A DNA stretch of 53,144 bases, from assembly GCA_030610765.1 (NCBI GenBank), contig JAUWRD010000001.1:1-53144 (forward strand), given 5' to 3'. Origin of the DNA: Actinomycetes bacterium. Its GTDB lineage: Bacteria > Actinomycetota > Aquicultoria > CAJVYJ01 > JAUVQD01. Below are positions 1 through 9,397 of this stretch, piece after piece. The notes beneath the pieces are model-generated. The model was not told the origin of the DNA and did not search any database. It was given only the letters and a program-made list of their open reading frames with translations. Position 1 is the stretch's first letter. Each line of letters opens with the position of its first letter. Both the position numbers and the translations under genes were made by a program.

Positions 1-866
1 ATCATAATCTTTGGTATAATTCGGTCTTCTTTATCGCGCGGAACCTTATACCTTTTCTCGGTCTCTACGTTGTCGCCGGGATCCTCTCGCGAGTCGGAGG
101 GCCTGTTGATCTCGACACAGCTGATGGCGGCAGTCCCGAAACAGGCAAGGTCCAAAACCGCCTGGTGGTCTTTGGATACATATATCTTCTGCTGTTTGTA
201 ATTGAGCAAACCATTATGTCCTGGGATTTGGGGATGATTTTAGACCGGCACTTTGCCGATACAGCTTACTCTCCTTTATTTATCTCTGGCTCAATTTTAG
301 CTGGTGTAGCCGGCATTGTTCTGCTCATGGGCCTATCGAAACTATTGTTTAATACTGTTTCGTTCAATGATGACCACTTCAAAAACATGGGTCAGCTTTT
401 GTTGGGCCTGGGAATATTTTGGGTCTATGTCTGGTATGTCCAGTTCTTCAATGTCTATTTTGTAAATCTTCCCGAAGAGACGGGGCCGCTTTATTTGAGA
501 ATATTCGGAGGTTATGGAGCTATATATGTCGGGTCTATTTTTCTAGCCAGCGGCGTGCCATTTATTTTACTCATCTGGAGCAAAATAAGGAACTCGGTTG
601 CCGGGGTGACATTCGCGTCAGCCTCAGTTTTGCTGGGTATATGGATGAATCGCTACTTAATGGTCGTTCCTTCATTGGTTGTTGAGGAAAAGACGGCTTC
701 TATGTCAATATTTAATCCAGCAAATGTTATTTTTACAGCGGGAGTTTTTGGAATATTTCTCTTTCTCCTGCTCAATGCTATAAAGGGCGGCGATAGCGTA
801 ATCTATACTGATGAGCGCGAATTAGAAAAAGAAGCTCTTATAGTGGAACCAATGGGTTGGCAGTAG
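1..866 (+). CDS. NrfD/PsrC-like polytopic membrane (quinone-interacting) subunit, 5' partial
   Basis: Frame 3 has no stop from nt 3 to the TAG at 864-866, so the gene enters from the left edge and the listed GTG at 165 is internal. The product is a run of hydrophobic helices (..SPLFISGSILAGVAGIVLL.., ..GIWMNRYLMVVPSL..) resembling the C-terminal half of NrfD-family subunits. Multihaem cytochrome genes lie 0.9 kb downstream. Confidence 0.45.
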   Translation, partial: HNLWYNSVFFIARNLIPFLGLYVVAGILSRVGGPVDLDTADGGSPETGKVQNRLVVFGYIYLLLFVIEQTIMSWDLGMILDRHFADTAYSPLFISGSILAGVAGIVLLMGLSKLLFNTVSFNDDHFKNMGQLLLGLGIFWVYVWYVQFFNVYFVNLPEETGPLYLRIFGGYGAIYVGSIFLASGVPFILLIWSKIRNSVAGVTFASASVLLGIWMNRYLMVVPSLVVEEKTASMSIFNPANVIFTAGVFGIFLFLLLNAIKGGDSVIYTDERELEKEALIVEPMGWQ

Positions 867-1416
867 GGTTGCCCCAAGGTAAGATCACCCAGTAAATAAT
901 AAAGTATATACTTCCAGTTACAAGTATCAGAACAACGACATTCCTGAATGGCTGTATCGGCCGGAACCCCTCATGAGACCAACCTGAATAAGCGAAAACA
1001 GCGGCTATTAATAACGGTGATGCCAGGAACGCCAGCTTTAGAGCGAGAGAAACTTGCGCTCCTACACCTAAAGACACGATTGCCCAGGGGTCAAGGAGGG
1101 CAATTGGCAACGTCAAAACCATCGCCATAAAAGCTCTCTCAATGGGTTTCGCCCGGCCTCCACCGGCAGCGGCAGCCCAACCAACTAGCCCGGCCAGAAG
1201 CAGCGGGCTAAACGTGGCAAACATTAAAAAGCCCATAGCAATCGATGAGTCAAACCCGGCTGATGCAAAATACATCTGAATCTTGCCGGAGTTTTCCATA
1301 AGAATTCGGATTAAGGCTAGGCCAAAAAGCATTGTTGGCAACCCGGAAATGATCATCCCTAAGAACATGGCTGCTCTTTTCGGATTTTTATCTGAATTTT
1401 GTGATTTCTCATCCAT
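838..1416 (-). CDS. hypothetical integral membrane protein (about 5-6 predicted helices)
   Basis: 192-aa ORF, strongly hydrophobic with Gly/Ala-rich helices. It is convergent with the NrfD-like gene and overlaps it by 29 nt. No recognisable motif. Confidence 0.45.
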   Translation of the reverse strand: MDEKSQNSDKNPKRAAMFLGMIISGLPTMLFGLALIRILMENSGKIQMYFASAGFDSSIAMGFLMFATFSPLLLAGLVGWAAAAGGGRAKPIERAFMAMVLTLPIALLDPWAIVSLGVGAQVSLALKLAFLASPLLIAAVFAYSGWSHEGFRPIQPFRNVVVLILVTGSIYFIIYWVILPWGNPTANPLVPL

Positions 1417-1479
1417 TAGAATTCAAATATTAGCAAAATTTCGCCAAAAAGTCAGCGCCAAAAAAAACAGCTTGTGAAG

Positions 1480-1498
1480 CTTGGCACAAACTGCCAAG
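1480..1498. promoter_or_regulatory. inverted repeat CTTGGCA-N5-TGCCAAG (candidate regulator binding site)
   Basis: Perfect 7-bp arms read directly from the sequence, in the 333-nt divergent intergenic region between the membrane-protein gene and the cytochrome operon. Confidence 0.3.
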
Positions 1499-1590
1499 AA
1501 ATTAAGCGTTTTTTACGCATTTGAGAGCCCTTTTTGAGCAAAAGTTAGGGAAAAAACGACTGCACTTTTTTATAGCGCAAATTTGTGGGC

Positions 1591-1647
1591 TTGACAACAA
1601 ATAGCCAGTTGAGGTATATTCCAAAGCGAGCTGTTGAGTGATATAAT
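1591..1647 (+). promoter_or_regulatory. two tandem sigma70-like promoter candidates upstream of the cytochrome genes
   Basis: TTGACA(1591-1596)-18 nt-TATATT(1615-1620), and TTCCAA(1619-1624)-17 nt-TATAAT(1642-1647) with a TG at 1639-1640 (extended -10). Confidence 0.4.
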
Positions 1648-1749
1648 TAACCAAGATTCATCAGTGAGATGGCTCAATTTCGGTTGATAAAGAAATAAAG
1701 CACAAAGGTGTCGAAAAAGAACGCCTAGAAGAGGAAAAAACGAGAAGAA

Positions 1750-2829
1750 TTGCGCATACAGAGAATAGCAATAGCAATAGCAATAATAGTAGTTGCGGGA
1801 GCCTCTTTGCGTACCGGCTTAATCAGTACCCCACAGTTCGCTCAAACAGCTTATTACAAAGGCGTCTTCTACCTAACAAACCCTCAGGATAAATCCAAAA
1901 GCCTTGAAGAGGTTCATAAGGCGACCAAGGTTGCTGATCTCGATACCGGAAAGCTAGGCTATAAATATACTAAGAAGGATGCTCAAGTAATAAAGAGTGA
2001 TTCAGCAAAATGCATGGCGTGTCACGGCGATATGCTAGAGAGAGACGCAAACAACAAACCAGTTAACTATATTCATGACAAAATGTTGCAGGCATCAATG
2101 CTTACCTTTAATTGTACCGATTGTCATAAAGACGTAGACATTCGACCAAGATCTCCGGGACACGTAACCACTCGTGTAGACCGCACATCTTGTCCGGTTT
2201 GTCACGATCCTTCTAATGAGAACAGAACAGCCGCGGAATCAGAGGGAGAGACCTGGGCGGCAGCCGGGGCACCTTCAATGCCGAGGGTGATGACGCTTCA
2301 CGGCAATAATGAAGCCGATGGCAAAAAGTGGATTTCTGAGCACCCACGAGTAGCTATGAGTATCGGAATATCACAATGCCGAAAGTGCCACATTAAAGAC
2401 AGTGAGCTCGATTTCTGCCGTGATTGCCACTTAAGAGGCGGTTTCAGGCCGGAAAGTCATCAGGTTGTTTATGAAACCAACGTTAATAAGATATTTCCGG
2501 AAAGCAAAAAAGATCAACCTGTTTCAGCTAGTTGGAAAGGCTACCATTTCGTAGTTGTTCGTGAGGCGTTGGAAAAACTGGGAACAAAAGTTGACAGCCC
2601 CAGAGACTTACCGATGGACAAGATTGAGAAGCTACCTTGTGGAGCGTGTCACATTCTTGAGGACTGGTGCACTAAGTGCCACATTAAACATAATACTAAC
2701 TGGTTAAATCCAAATGAGGGACATCCCGCGGTCATTGATGAAAATGGTGCAAATTACTGTTTTAGATGTCATGACTCCAGAGGGTCAAAATGCGAATCTT
2801 GTCATGACTATGTAGGTCAAGTAAGATGA
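1750..2829 (+). CDS. nonahaem c-type cytochrome with N-terminal signal/anchor
   Basis: Nine CxxCH motifs (CMACH, CTDCH, CPVCH, CRKCH, CRDCH, CGACH, CTKCH, CFRCH, CESCH). Hydrophobic N-terminus IAIAIAIIVVAGA. TTG start. Confidence 0.85.
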   Translation: MRIQRIAIAIAIIVVAGASLRTGLISTPQFAQTAYYKGVFYLTNPQDKSKSLEEVHKATKVADLDTGKLGYKYTKKDAQVIKSDSAKCMACHGDMLERDANNKPVNYIHDKMLQASMLTFNCTDCHKDVDIRPRSPGHVTTRVDRTSCPVCHDPSNENRTAAESEGETWAAAGAPSMPRVMTLHGNNEADGKKWISEHPRVAMSIGISQCRKCHIKDSELDFCRDCHLRGGFRPESHQVVYETNVNKIFPESKKDQPVSASWKGYHFVVVREALEKLGTKVDSPRDLPMDKIEKLPCGACHILEDWCTKCHIKHNTNWLNPNEGHPAVIDENGANYCFRCHDSRGSKCESCHDYVGQVR

Positions 2830-2882
2830 TGACCCTTATTGTTGCACCCACCAAACGCTGTTTGAAAGGATCGTAAACCAGT

Positions 2883-3398
2883 ATGAGAAGGAAGATAGTG
2901 GCGGTCCTTATTCTGATGGCGGTCGGGATATTCTCATACAATATGGTCGGAACCGCGGTAGCGCGTTTTGTTCTAATTGATTCTGCGCCTGAACAACCAA
3001 TAAACTTTAGCCACAAGATTCACGCCGGTGACAATGAGCTGCCTTGTCGCTTTTGCCACATATACGCCAGAAGGTCAAAAGTGTCAGGCGTTCCAAGTAT
3101 TGAAAGATGTATGGGTTGTCACAAATCCATCCGCAAAGATAGACCTGAAGTCAAAAAGTTAGCCAAGTATTGGGAGAAGAAAGAGCCAATTTACTGGGTT
3201 AAAGTACATGATCTGCCTGATTACATCTATTTTCCGCACAAAAGGCACATCAAGGCCGGCATGGAATGTCAAGAGTGCCATGGAGACGTGAAGGAAATGG
3301 CTGTAATACGACAAGTAAGCAGTCTAGATATGGGCTGGTGTTTGGCATGTCACAAAGATAGAAATGGTCCAACTGATTGTTGGGAATGTCACGTTTAA
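2883..3398 (+). CDS. membrane-anchored pentahaem c-type cytochrome (cytochrome c3 / NrfB / ActA-like)
   Basis: Five CxxCH motifs (CRFCH, CMGCH, CQECH, CLACH, CWECH) in 171 aa. N-terminal TM helix IVAVLILMAVGIF. Lies 53 nt after the nonahaem gene. Confidence 0.85.
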   Translation: MRRKIVAVLILMAVGIFSYNMVGTAVARFVLIDSAPEQPINFSHKIHAGDNELPCRFCHIYARRSKVSGVPSIERCMGCHKSIRKDRPEVKKLAKYWEKKEPIYWVKVHDLPDYIYFPHKRHIKAGMECQECHGDVKEMAVIRQVSSLDMGWCLACHKDRNGPTDCWECHV

Positions 3399-3411
3399 TA
3401 AAAAGAGGCGT

Positions 3412-3591
3412 TTAAACTCCCCAGTAGTCTCCCGATAAAGCATAATCGTCTCCGGGATCTACGGTTTTAGAGGATGCGTTCGTAATCCAACCGCTTAAGA
3501 GAGCTACTTGCGCCATTATTCCAACCGACTTAAGAAAGCTGCGACGCTCAATCTTCTTTTCTGACAATAACGAAAGCTTTTTAATATTCAC
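3412..3591 (-). CDS. unannotated 59-aa ORF with a consensus twin-arginine (Tat) signal peptide
   Basis: GTG (complement of 3589-3591) to TAA (complement of 3412-3414). Translation is MNIKKLSLLSEKKIERRSFLKSVGIMAQVALLSGWITNASSKTVDPGDDYALSGDYWGV. RRSFLK is followed by a hydrophobic stretch. Lies 43 nt downstream of the isomerase gene on the same strand. No clear Shine-Dalgarno. Confidence 0.35.
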   Translation of the reverse strand: MNIKKLSLLSEKKIERRSFLKSVGIMAQVALLSGWITNASSKTVDPGDDYALSGDYWGV

Positions 3592-3634
3592 AGGTAAATT
3601 TTAACAATCAGGAAAGAAAAAAACAAGTCAGAGT

Positions 3635-4477
3635 TTATTTTTCATCGCCGGTCACGATGAGTTCGCTTAGCCAATGAAACTCGTGCTCAGCGGCGACAAA
3701 AGGGTCGCTACCAAACCATTCTACTGAAATCCAACCGTTGTAGCCATCGCGGTGTAAAGCGTCGAGAAACGGCTTGTAGTCCATATTCCCGCGTTCCAGA
3801 AAGGTTATTCCGCCAATCTCACCCAATCCCTGCTTGTCGTGAAAGAGGGGATAGTCATCGCCGTTGCTTGGCGGGATAAGAGCGTTCTTGGCATGTATGT
3901 GTCTTACTCGTGACTTTAACTGCTCCCAAATCCAAACCGGCTCCTGGTGTATTTCCCACATATGATAAATGTCGAGATTCAAGACCAGATTTGGTTTATC
4001 AACGGCGGCAAGCAAATTATTAATGGAAGGGATGTTGTCGACTAGCGTTTTCGGATGCGTTTCAAGCGCCAGAGACAGATCCTTCTTCTCAGCAATCTCA
4101 CATAATTGAGTTAGCCTCTTAGCTGCCTCATCGAAGACCTCTTTGTTGATTTCCGCGCTCCCCAGGAAACCAGTAAAAACGCGCACCAACGGCGCCTTAA
4201 AGATCACTGCGTAGTCAAAGAAGGTTTTGGCCGCCGATAAGGTTGAATTCCACTCTGTGGAGTCGCCCGTTATATTGAAATAAGGCGAGATCATCGGAGT
4301 CGCCATGTTGTTCTCCGCCAGGCAAGCAGCTACTTCCTCAATATCGTCTTCGGTTCCGCCCAGGTCGTTTCCCCAAATCTCTATTCCGTCATATCCAATC
4401 TTAGCCAGCCTTGGTATTATGGCGACTAAGGGAAGATCGAGTTTACGAAAGGCGATTGAACAAAAGCTTATTCTCAT
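3635..4477 (-). CDS. sugar phosphate isomerase/epimerase (xylose-isomerase-like TIM barrel)
   Basis: 280 aa with a family-typical pattern (..GYDGIEIW.., ..LALETH.., ..HIHAKN.., ..ISVEWFG..). Exact substrate not inferable. Confidence 0.7.
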   Translation of the reverse strand: MRISFCSIAFRKLDLPLVAIIPRLAKIGYDGIEIWGNDLGGTEDDIEEVAACLAENNMATPMISPYFNITGDSTEWNSTLSAAKTFFDYAVIFKAPLVRVFTGFLGSAEINKEVFDEAAKRLTQLCEIAEKKDLSLALETHPKTLVDNIPSINNLLAAVDKPNLVLNLDIYHMWEIHQEPVWIWEQLKSRVRHIHAKNALIPPSNGDDYPLFHDKQGLGEIGGITFLERGNMDYKPFLDALHRDGYNGWISVEWFGSDPFVAAEHEFHWLSELIVTGDEK

Positions 4478-4520
4478 GAACTTAGTCTACCGCAAAGATT
4501 GAGCAACTTGGAAGTCCACA

Positions 4521-5912
4521 TTGGAAAGTAATAGTTTGGATAATGAAGATTTCTTAGAAAAAATCACGCAGACGATCTCGAAACACAAAATGATTGATGT
4601 CGGCGACAATGTTATTGTCTCTGTTTCAGGCGGTCCGGACTCCACCGCACTTTTATTGGCTCTCACGGCAATTAGCGGCAAATTCGATTTGACAATGCAC
4701 GTTTGGCACCTGAATCATCAGATAAGACCTGAGGCCGGCGCTGAGGCTGATCATGTCTTAGCACTTGGAGAATCTCTTGGAATTCCGGTCACGATCGATG
4801 AGAGAAACGCCAAAGTTTTTGCTAAAGAAAACCGCTTATCCCTTCAGGAGGCTGGAAGGGAGCTGAGATATGAGCTTTTGACCGACTTGAGCCGGCGTCT
4901 CGGAGGCGCTAGAATCGCCATCGGCCATAATGCCGATGACAGCATTGAAACGTTCTTCATTAATCTATTACGAGGCGCGGGAATGACGGGCCTGAGAGGC
5001 ATACCTCCGGTTCGTAAAAGAATAATCAGGCCTCTAATCGAATGTCACAAAAACGAAATATTGAAGTACCTGGAATCATCAAAGAGCAGTTATCTTTCTG
5101 ACCCGTCTAATCAGGATCGACGATATCTAAGAAATGCCGTACGTCTCGATTTGATCCCTGTAATCAATGATCTCAATCCTGACGCCATAGACAAGTTAAA
5201 GACAACCATGTTGTTGATTAATGATGAAGATGATTGGCTGGATTCAATTGCCCGACAGAAATTTAATCAGATTGCTGATATTGGCGTTCGGGAAATACAA
5301 ATTGACGCGCCACGGCTTAAGAAATTAAACTTAGCGCTAACAAGAAGACTTATCAGACTGGCGTTAATCGCTCATTTCGGTTCCAACCGCAATATTGATT
5401 TCTCTACAGTTCAGACGATCATAGACAAAACTTTGATGGATGGGGTACCCACAAATATCGCGCGGCGGGCGAGAGCTGAATTGATCGGGGATAAACTCAT
5501 CATCTATTCTGAGCGCGTACCCTTTAAAAATCTCGTGATTGACGCCAGCGGAGGCAGATTTCAAATTGAAGATACAAAAATATCTGTTACTATATTTCCA
5601 GCCAACAAATCGGTTGAAAAGTTTGACGCCAAGGCCGTGTTGGTCGATGTTGACAGAATCGAATGGCCGATAAATGTTCGTCCTTGGCAAAACGGCGATT
5701 GGTTCGTGCCGTTAGGGATGACGGGGAGGAAGAAACTGCAGGATTTCTTCGTGGATTCCAAAGTGCCAAGGCGGCATCGATCATCTATACCAATCTTTTC
5801 AGACAGAGTTAAGGTTGTGGCGATTGGAGACCTACGGATCGATGAAAGAGTAAAGGTTTCAGATAGGACAAAAAGAGTTGCTCTTATCGAATCTCCCGGC
5901 ATCATAAATTGA
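4521..5912 (+). CDS. tilS: tRNA(Ile)-lysidine synthetase
   Basis: PP-loop SVSGGPDS about 35 aa from the N-terminus. About 460 aa. Conserved tilS-hpt-ftsH order. TTG start. Confidence 0.85.
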   Translation: MESNSLDNEDFLEKITQTISKHKMIDVGDNVIVSVSGGPDSTALLLALTAISGKFDLTMHVWHLNHQIRPEAGAEADHVLALGESLGIPVTIDERNAKVFAKENRLSLQEAGRELRYELLTDLSRRLGGARIAIGHNADDSIETFFINLLRGAGMTGLRGIPPVRKRIIRPLIECHKNEILKYLESSKSSYLSDPSNQDRRYLRNAVRLDLIPVINDLNPDAIDKLKTTMLLINDEDDWLDSIARQKFNQIADIGVREIQIDAPRLKKLNLALTRRLIRLALIAHFGSNRNIDFSTVQTIIDKTLMDGVPTNIARRARAELIGDKLIIYSERVPFKNLVIDASGGRFQIEDTKISVTIFPANKSVEKFDAKAVLVDVDRIEWPINVRPWQNGDWFVPLGMTGRKKLQDFFVDSKVPRRHRSSIPIFSDRVKVVAIGDLRIDERVKVSDRTKRVALIESPGIIN

Positions 5913-5989
5913 GTTTACGGAGAAATTTCGTTTCGGTTGGTGAATAGATAGAATTGAGCGTTTAAATATATGGTGGGTAAGGGAATATT

Positions 5990-6547
5990 ATGGATGGACT
6001 ACATAGTGACATAGATGAGGTAGTCTTATCGGCTGAGCAGATCAAAAGTCGTGTTATAGAACTCGGGCTCGAGCTAGAGAAAGATTATCAAGGCAAGTCA
6101 CCGCTTTTCGTCGGTATCTTAAGAGGCGCAATAATGTTTTTAGCGGACATTACAAGGGCTTGCCAGCTTCCATTGGCAGTTGATTTTATCGCAGTTGCCA
6201 GCTATGGTTCGAGCACGAGATCTTCAGGCGTTGTGCGAATCTTAAAAGACCTCGATGAGGATTTAAGGGGTAGGCATGTGATTTTGGTTGAAGACATACT
6301 CGATACAGGCTTGACCTTGAACTACTTAATAAAGAATATGCGAACTCGGCAACCTGCTTCACTGGAAATTTGCGCGCTACTCGTGAAACAGGGCAAGCAA
6401 AAGGTCATTTTAGAGCCACGATATCAAGGGTTTAAGGTAGAGGATAAATTTGTAGTTGGGTATGGCCTTGATTATGATGAACGCTATCGAAATCTTCCCT
6501 ATGTCGGAACGCTCAAGCCGGGCATAGTAGAAGAAGAACTTGACTAA
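5990..6547 (+). CDS. hpt: hypoxanthine-guanine phosphoribosyltransferase
   Basis: PRPP-binding motif VILVEDILDTGLTL. 185 aa. Sits between tilS and ftsH. Confidence 0.9.
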   Translation: MDGLHSDIDEVVLSAEQIKSRVIELGLELEKDYQGKSPLFVGILRGAIMFLADITRACQLPLAVDFIAVASYGSSTRSSGVVRILKDLDEDLRGRHVILVEDILDTGLTLNYLIKNMRTRQPASLEICALLVKQGKQKVILEPRYQGFKVEDKFVVGYGLDYDERYRNLPYVGTLKPGIVEEELD

Positions 6548-6605
6548 AATTGTACCCGCCAAGATATGGTGATAGAATTGATTTATAGAAAAGAGGAAAT
6601 ACAGC

Positions 6606-8519
6606 TTGCAGAAGGTGCTTAAGAGTGCGGGGTTCTACATTGTACTCGTTATTTTAATTATATTTTTCGCCAATTCATATTTCAGTAAGCCCGAACAACC
6701 CAAGACAGTAACGCTTGATAAATTCGTGGCAGAAGTAAAATCTGGCGATGTCAAAGAAGTTGAAATAAAAGACCGCGATAATGTTATTAACGGCGTCTAC
6801 AGGAATGGAACCGAATTCAAGGCTAGCTATCCTTCGGATTACGATGTGGCCAAGCTGTTGCTAGCGAATAAGGTTAAAACAAAAGTAGATGTAAATGCTA
6901 CAACGCCGTGGTTCAGTATCTTAATCAACTTCTTGCCGCTGATACTGATCGTCGGCATCTGGTTGTTTATGCTTCAGCAGATGCAGGGCGGTGGCAACAA
7001 GGTGATGAGTTTTGGCAAAAGCAAGGCGAAGAGGATGTCAAAAGATCAGCCTCGGGTTTCCTTTAAGGATGTCGCGGGAGTAGACGAGGCCGTCGAAGAA
7101 CTTGAAGAGATAAAAGAGTTTTTAGCTAACCCCATCAAGTTTCAGTCTATGGGCGCTAAGATACCGAAAGGCGTTTTATTATTTGGTCCACCGGGCTCGG
7201 GCAAGACATTGTTGGCTCGCGCGGTAGCCGGTGAGGCAGCTGTACCTTTCTTCTCAATAAGTGGCTCAGATTTTGTCGAGATGTTTGTCGGGGTCGGTGC
7301 TTCGCGTGTTCGTGACCTATTTGAACAAGCAAAAACTAATTCTCCCTGCATAATTTTTATGGATGAGATAGACGCAGTCGGCCGGCACAGAGGCGCCGGC
7401 TTAGGCGGTGGCCATGACGAGCGGGAGCAAACCCTTAATCAGTTGCTTGTTGAAATGGATGGCTTTGACGTAAAAGATAATGTGATTCTTATAGCGGCGA
7501 CCAACCGACCGGACATTCTTGATCCGGCGCTTCTGCGTCCGGGACGGTTTGATAGGCAGATAATGGTTCCACCGCCAGACCTTCAGGGCAGACTTGGAAT
7601 TATAAAAGTTCACACTAAAGGAAAACCGCTTGAGAAAGATATGGATCTGGAAGTTCTGGCAAGAAGAACGGCAGGTTTTACAGGCGCTGATTTGGCGAAT
7701 GTGGTAAATGAAGCCGCTATTTTGACTGCGCGACACGGCAAAAAACTTATAGATATGGAAGAAATGGAAGAGGCAACAGAGAGAGTTATAGCCGGGCCAG
7801 AGAGAAAGTCACGCTTGATTTCCGATAAAGAGAAAAGACTAACTGCTTTTCACGAGGCGGGCCATGCTGTTGTCGCCAACGCGTTGCCATCGCTAACCGA
7901 TCCTGTCCACAAGGTGACGATAATACCTAGAGGTCGTGCTGGTGGATATACACTGATTTTGCCGACCGAAGATAGAATGTACCGGGCAAAGAAAGAACTT
8001 CTTGACGAAGTGGCTATGTTGCTTGGCGGGAGAGCCGCTGAGGATCTGTTTCTCGGTGACGTAACAACGGGCGCTCAAAATGATTTAGAAAGGGCAACCA
8101 AACTTGCTCGAAGAATGGTTTGTGAGTGGGGTATGAGCGAAAAATTGGGTGCGCTTACTTTGGGTCAAAAACAACATGAAGTGTTCTTAGGGCGAGACCT
8201 CTCTCATAACCCCGACTATAGCCAGCAAATTGCTTTTGAAATCGACACAGAGATACGCCGCATTATCGATGAAGCGTATGAGAAAGATAGGAAGATATTG
8301 AAAGACGACAAAAAGCGAGTAGAAGCGATCGTCGCAAAATTGATAGAGCAGGAAACGTTAGAGAAAGATGAATTAGTGCAGCTATTATCTAAGAATTTTG
8401 ATTCTCCAAAAACCGCGGCAGCTACCGCTAAGGCTGAGAAGAAAACCAAGACAACCAAAAAAACACGTAAGCCTAAGCTTTCAGATTTGCCTGGAAAATT
8501 GAGACCGGCAGAAAGCTAG
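6606..8519 (+). CDS. ftsH: ATP-dependent zinc metalloprotease FtsH
   Basis: Walker [12 protein letters not shown] second region of homology [19 protein letters not shown]. Zinc site HEAGHAV. Two N-terminal TM helices. Lys-rich tail. Confidence 0.97.
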   Translation: MQKVLKSAGFYIVLVILIIFFANSYFSKPEQPKTVTLDKFVAEVKSGDVKEVEIKDRDNVINGVYRNGTEFKASYPSDYDVAKLLLANKVKTKVDVNATTPWFSILINFLPLILIVGIWLFMLQQMQGGGNKVMSFGKSKAKRMSKDQPRVSFKDVAGVDEAVEELEEIKEFLANPIKFQSMGAKIPKGVLLFGPPGSGKTLLARAVAGEAAVPFFSISGSDFVEMFVGVGASRVRDLFEQAKTNSPCIIFMDEIDAVGRHRGAGLGGGHDEREQTLNQLLVEMDGFDVKDNVILIAATNRPDILDPALLRPGRFDRQIMVPPPDLQGRLGIIKVHTKGKPLEKDMDLEVLARRTAGFTGADLANVVNEAAILTARHGKKLIDMEEMEEATERVIAGPERKSRLISDKEKRLTAFHEAGHAVVANALPSLTDPVHKVTIIPRGRAGGYTLILPTEDRMYRAKKELLDEVAMLLGGRAAEDLFLGDVTTGAQNDLERATKLARRMVCEWGMSEKLGALTLGQKQHEVFLGRDLSHNPDYSQQIAFEIDTEIRRIIDEAYEKDRKILKDDKKRVEAIVAKLIEQETLEKDELVQLLSKNFDSPKTAAATAKAEKKTKTTKKTRKPKLSDLPGKLRPAES

Positions 8520-8548
8520 AAAGCTTTAAACCCCCTATATCCGACTCA

Positions 8549-9397
8549 ATGAATAAAGAAAAGGTCACAACCGAAACAATAAGAGAAAAGAAGAATGGCC
8601 CTGAGCAGATCATTGCCTTAACTGCTTGGGACTATACGAGCGCGCAAATTGTTGACACAGCCGGTATAGACATAGTTTTAGTAGGGGACTCGCTTGCGAT
8701 GACCATACGGGGTGACGAGAACACCCTGGGGATAACTGTTCACGATATGATATACCACACGCAAATGGTATCAAGGGCTTGCCAAAGAGCTCTGGTAATC
8801 GCAGACATGCCGTTTATGTCCTACCAATTAAATGAAGTGCAAGCGACTAGGAACGCCGGCCGTTTTCTTAAAGCCGGTGGCGCCGGTGGGGTAAAGATCG
8901 AGGGGGGCATGAGAATGGCCTCTACCATAGAAAAGATAACGGGAGCCGGGATTCCAGTGATGGGACATATCGGCCTGACACCGCAGTCAGTTCACCAGAT
9001 TGGCGGGTACAAGGTGCAAGGAAAATCGTTAGAACCCGCCAAGGAGCTAGTGAAAGACGCAAAAGCGCTACAGGCGGCTGGTGTTTTTTCGCTCGTTCTG
9101 GAATGTGTTCCGTCCGAGCTCGCAAGTTTTATAACTGATTCAATCGATATTCCGACGATAGGCATTGGCGCCGGCTCGGGGTGTGACGGCCAGATCCAAG
9201 TCACCGCTGATGTCATCGGCTTAAAACAAGGAAGCGTCCCGAAGCACGCGAAGAAATATACTGATTTGAATCACTCTTTTATGACAGCTGTTAAGACCTA
9301 TGCCGCAGAGGTAACTAAGGGTGCTTTTCCAACTGAAGCAAACAGCTTCAAGAGCAGCGACGACCTAAAGCAATCCCTGGAAAAAGAAGATATTTAA
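8549..9397 (+). CDS. panB: 3-methyl-2-oxobutanoate hydroxymethyltransferase
   Basis: Family-typical LVGDSLAMT, ADMPFMSY, VKIEGG and GHIGLTPQS motifs. Confidence 0.93.
   Translation: MNKEKVTTETIREKKNGPEQIIALTAWDYTSAQIVDTAGIDIVLVGDSLAMTIRGDENTLGITVHDMIYHTQMVSRACQRALVIADMPFMSYQLNEVQATRNAGRFLKAGGAGGVKIEGGMRMASTIEKITGAGIPVMGHIGLTPQSVHQIGGYKVQGKSLEPAKELVKDAKALQAAGVFSLVLECVPSELASFITDSIDIPTIGIGAGSGCDGQIQVTADVIGLKQGSVPKHAKKYTDLNHSFMTAVKTYAAEVTKGAFPTEANSFKSSDDLKQSLEKEDI

Noticed and set aside
1482-1496. Sigma-54 promoter (TGGCAC...TGC)
   Set aside because: The GG-to-GC spacing is 10 nt rather than the 12 nt required by the consensus. The sequence is better described as one half of a perfect palindrome.
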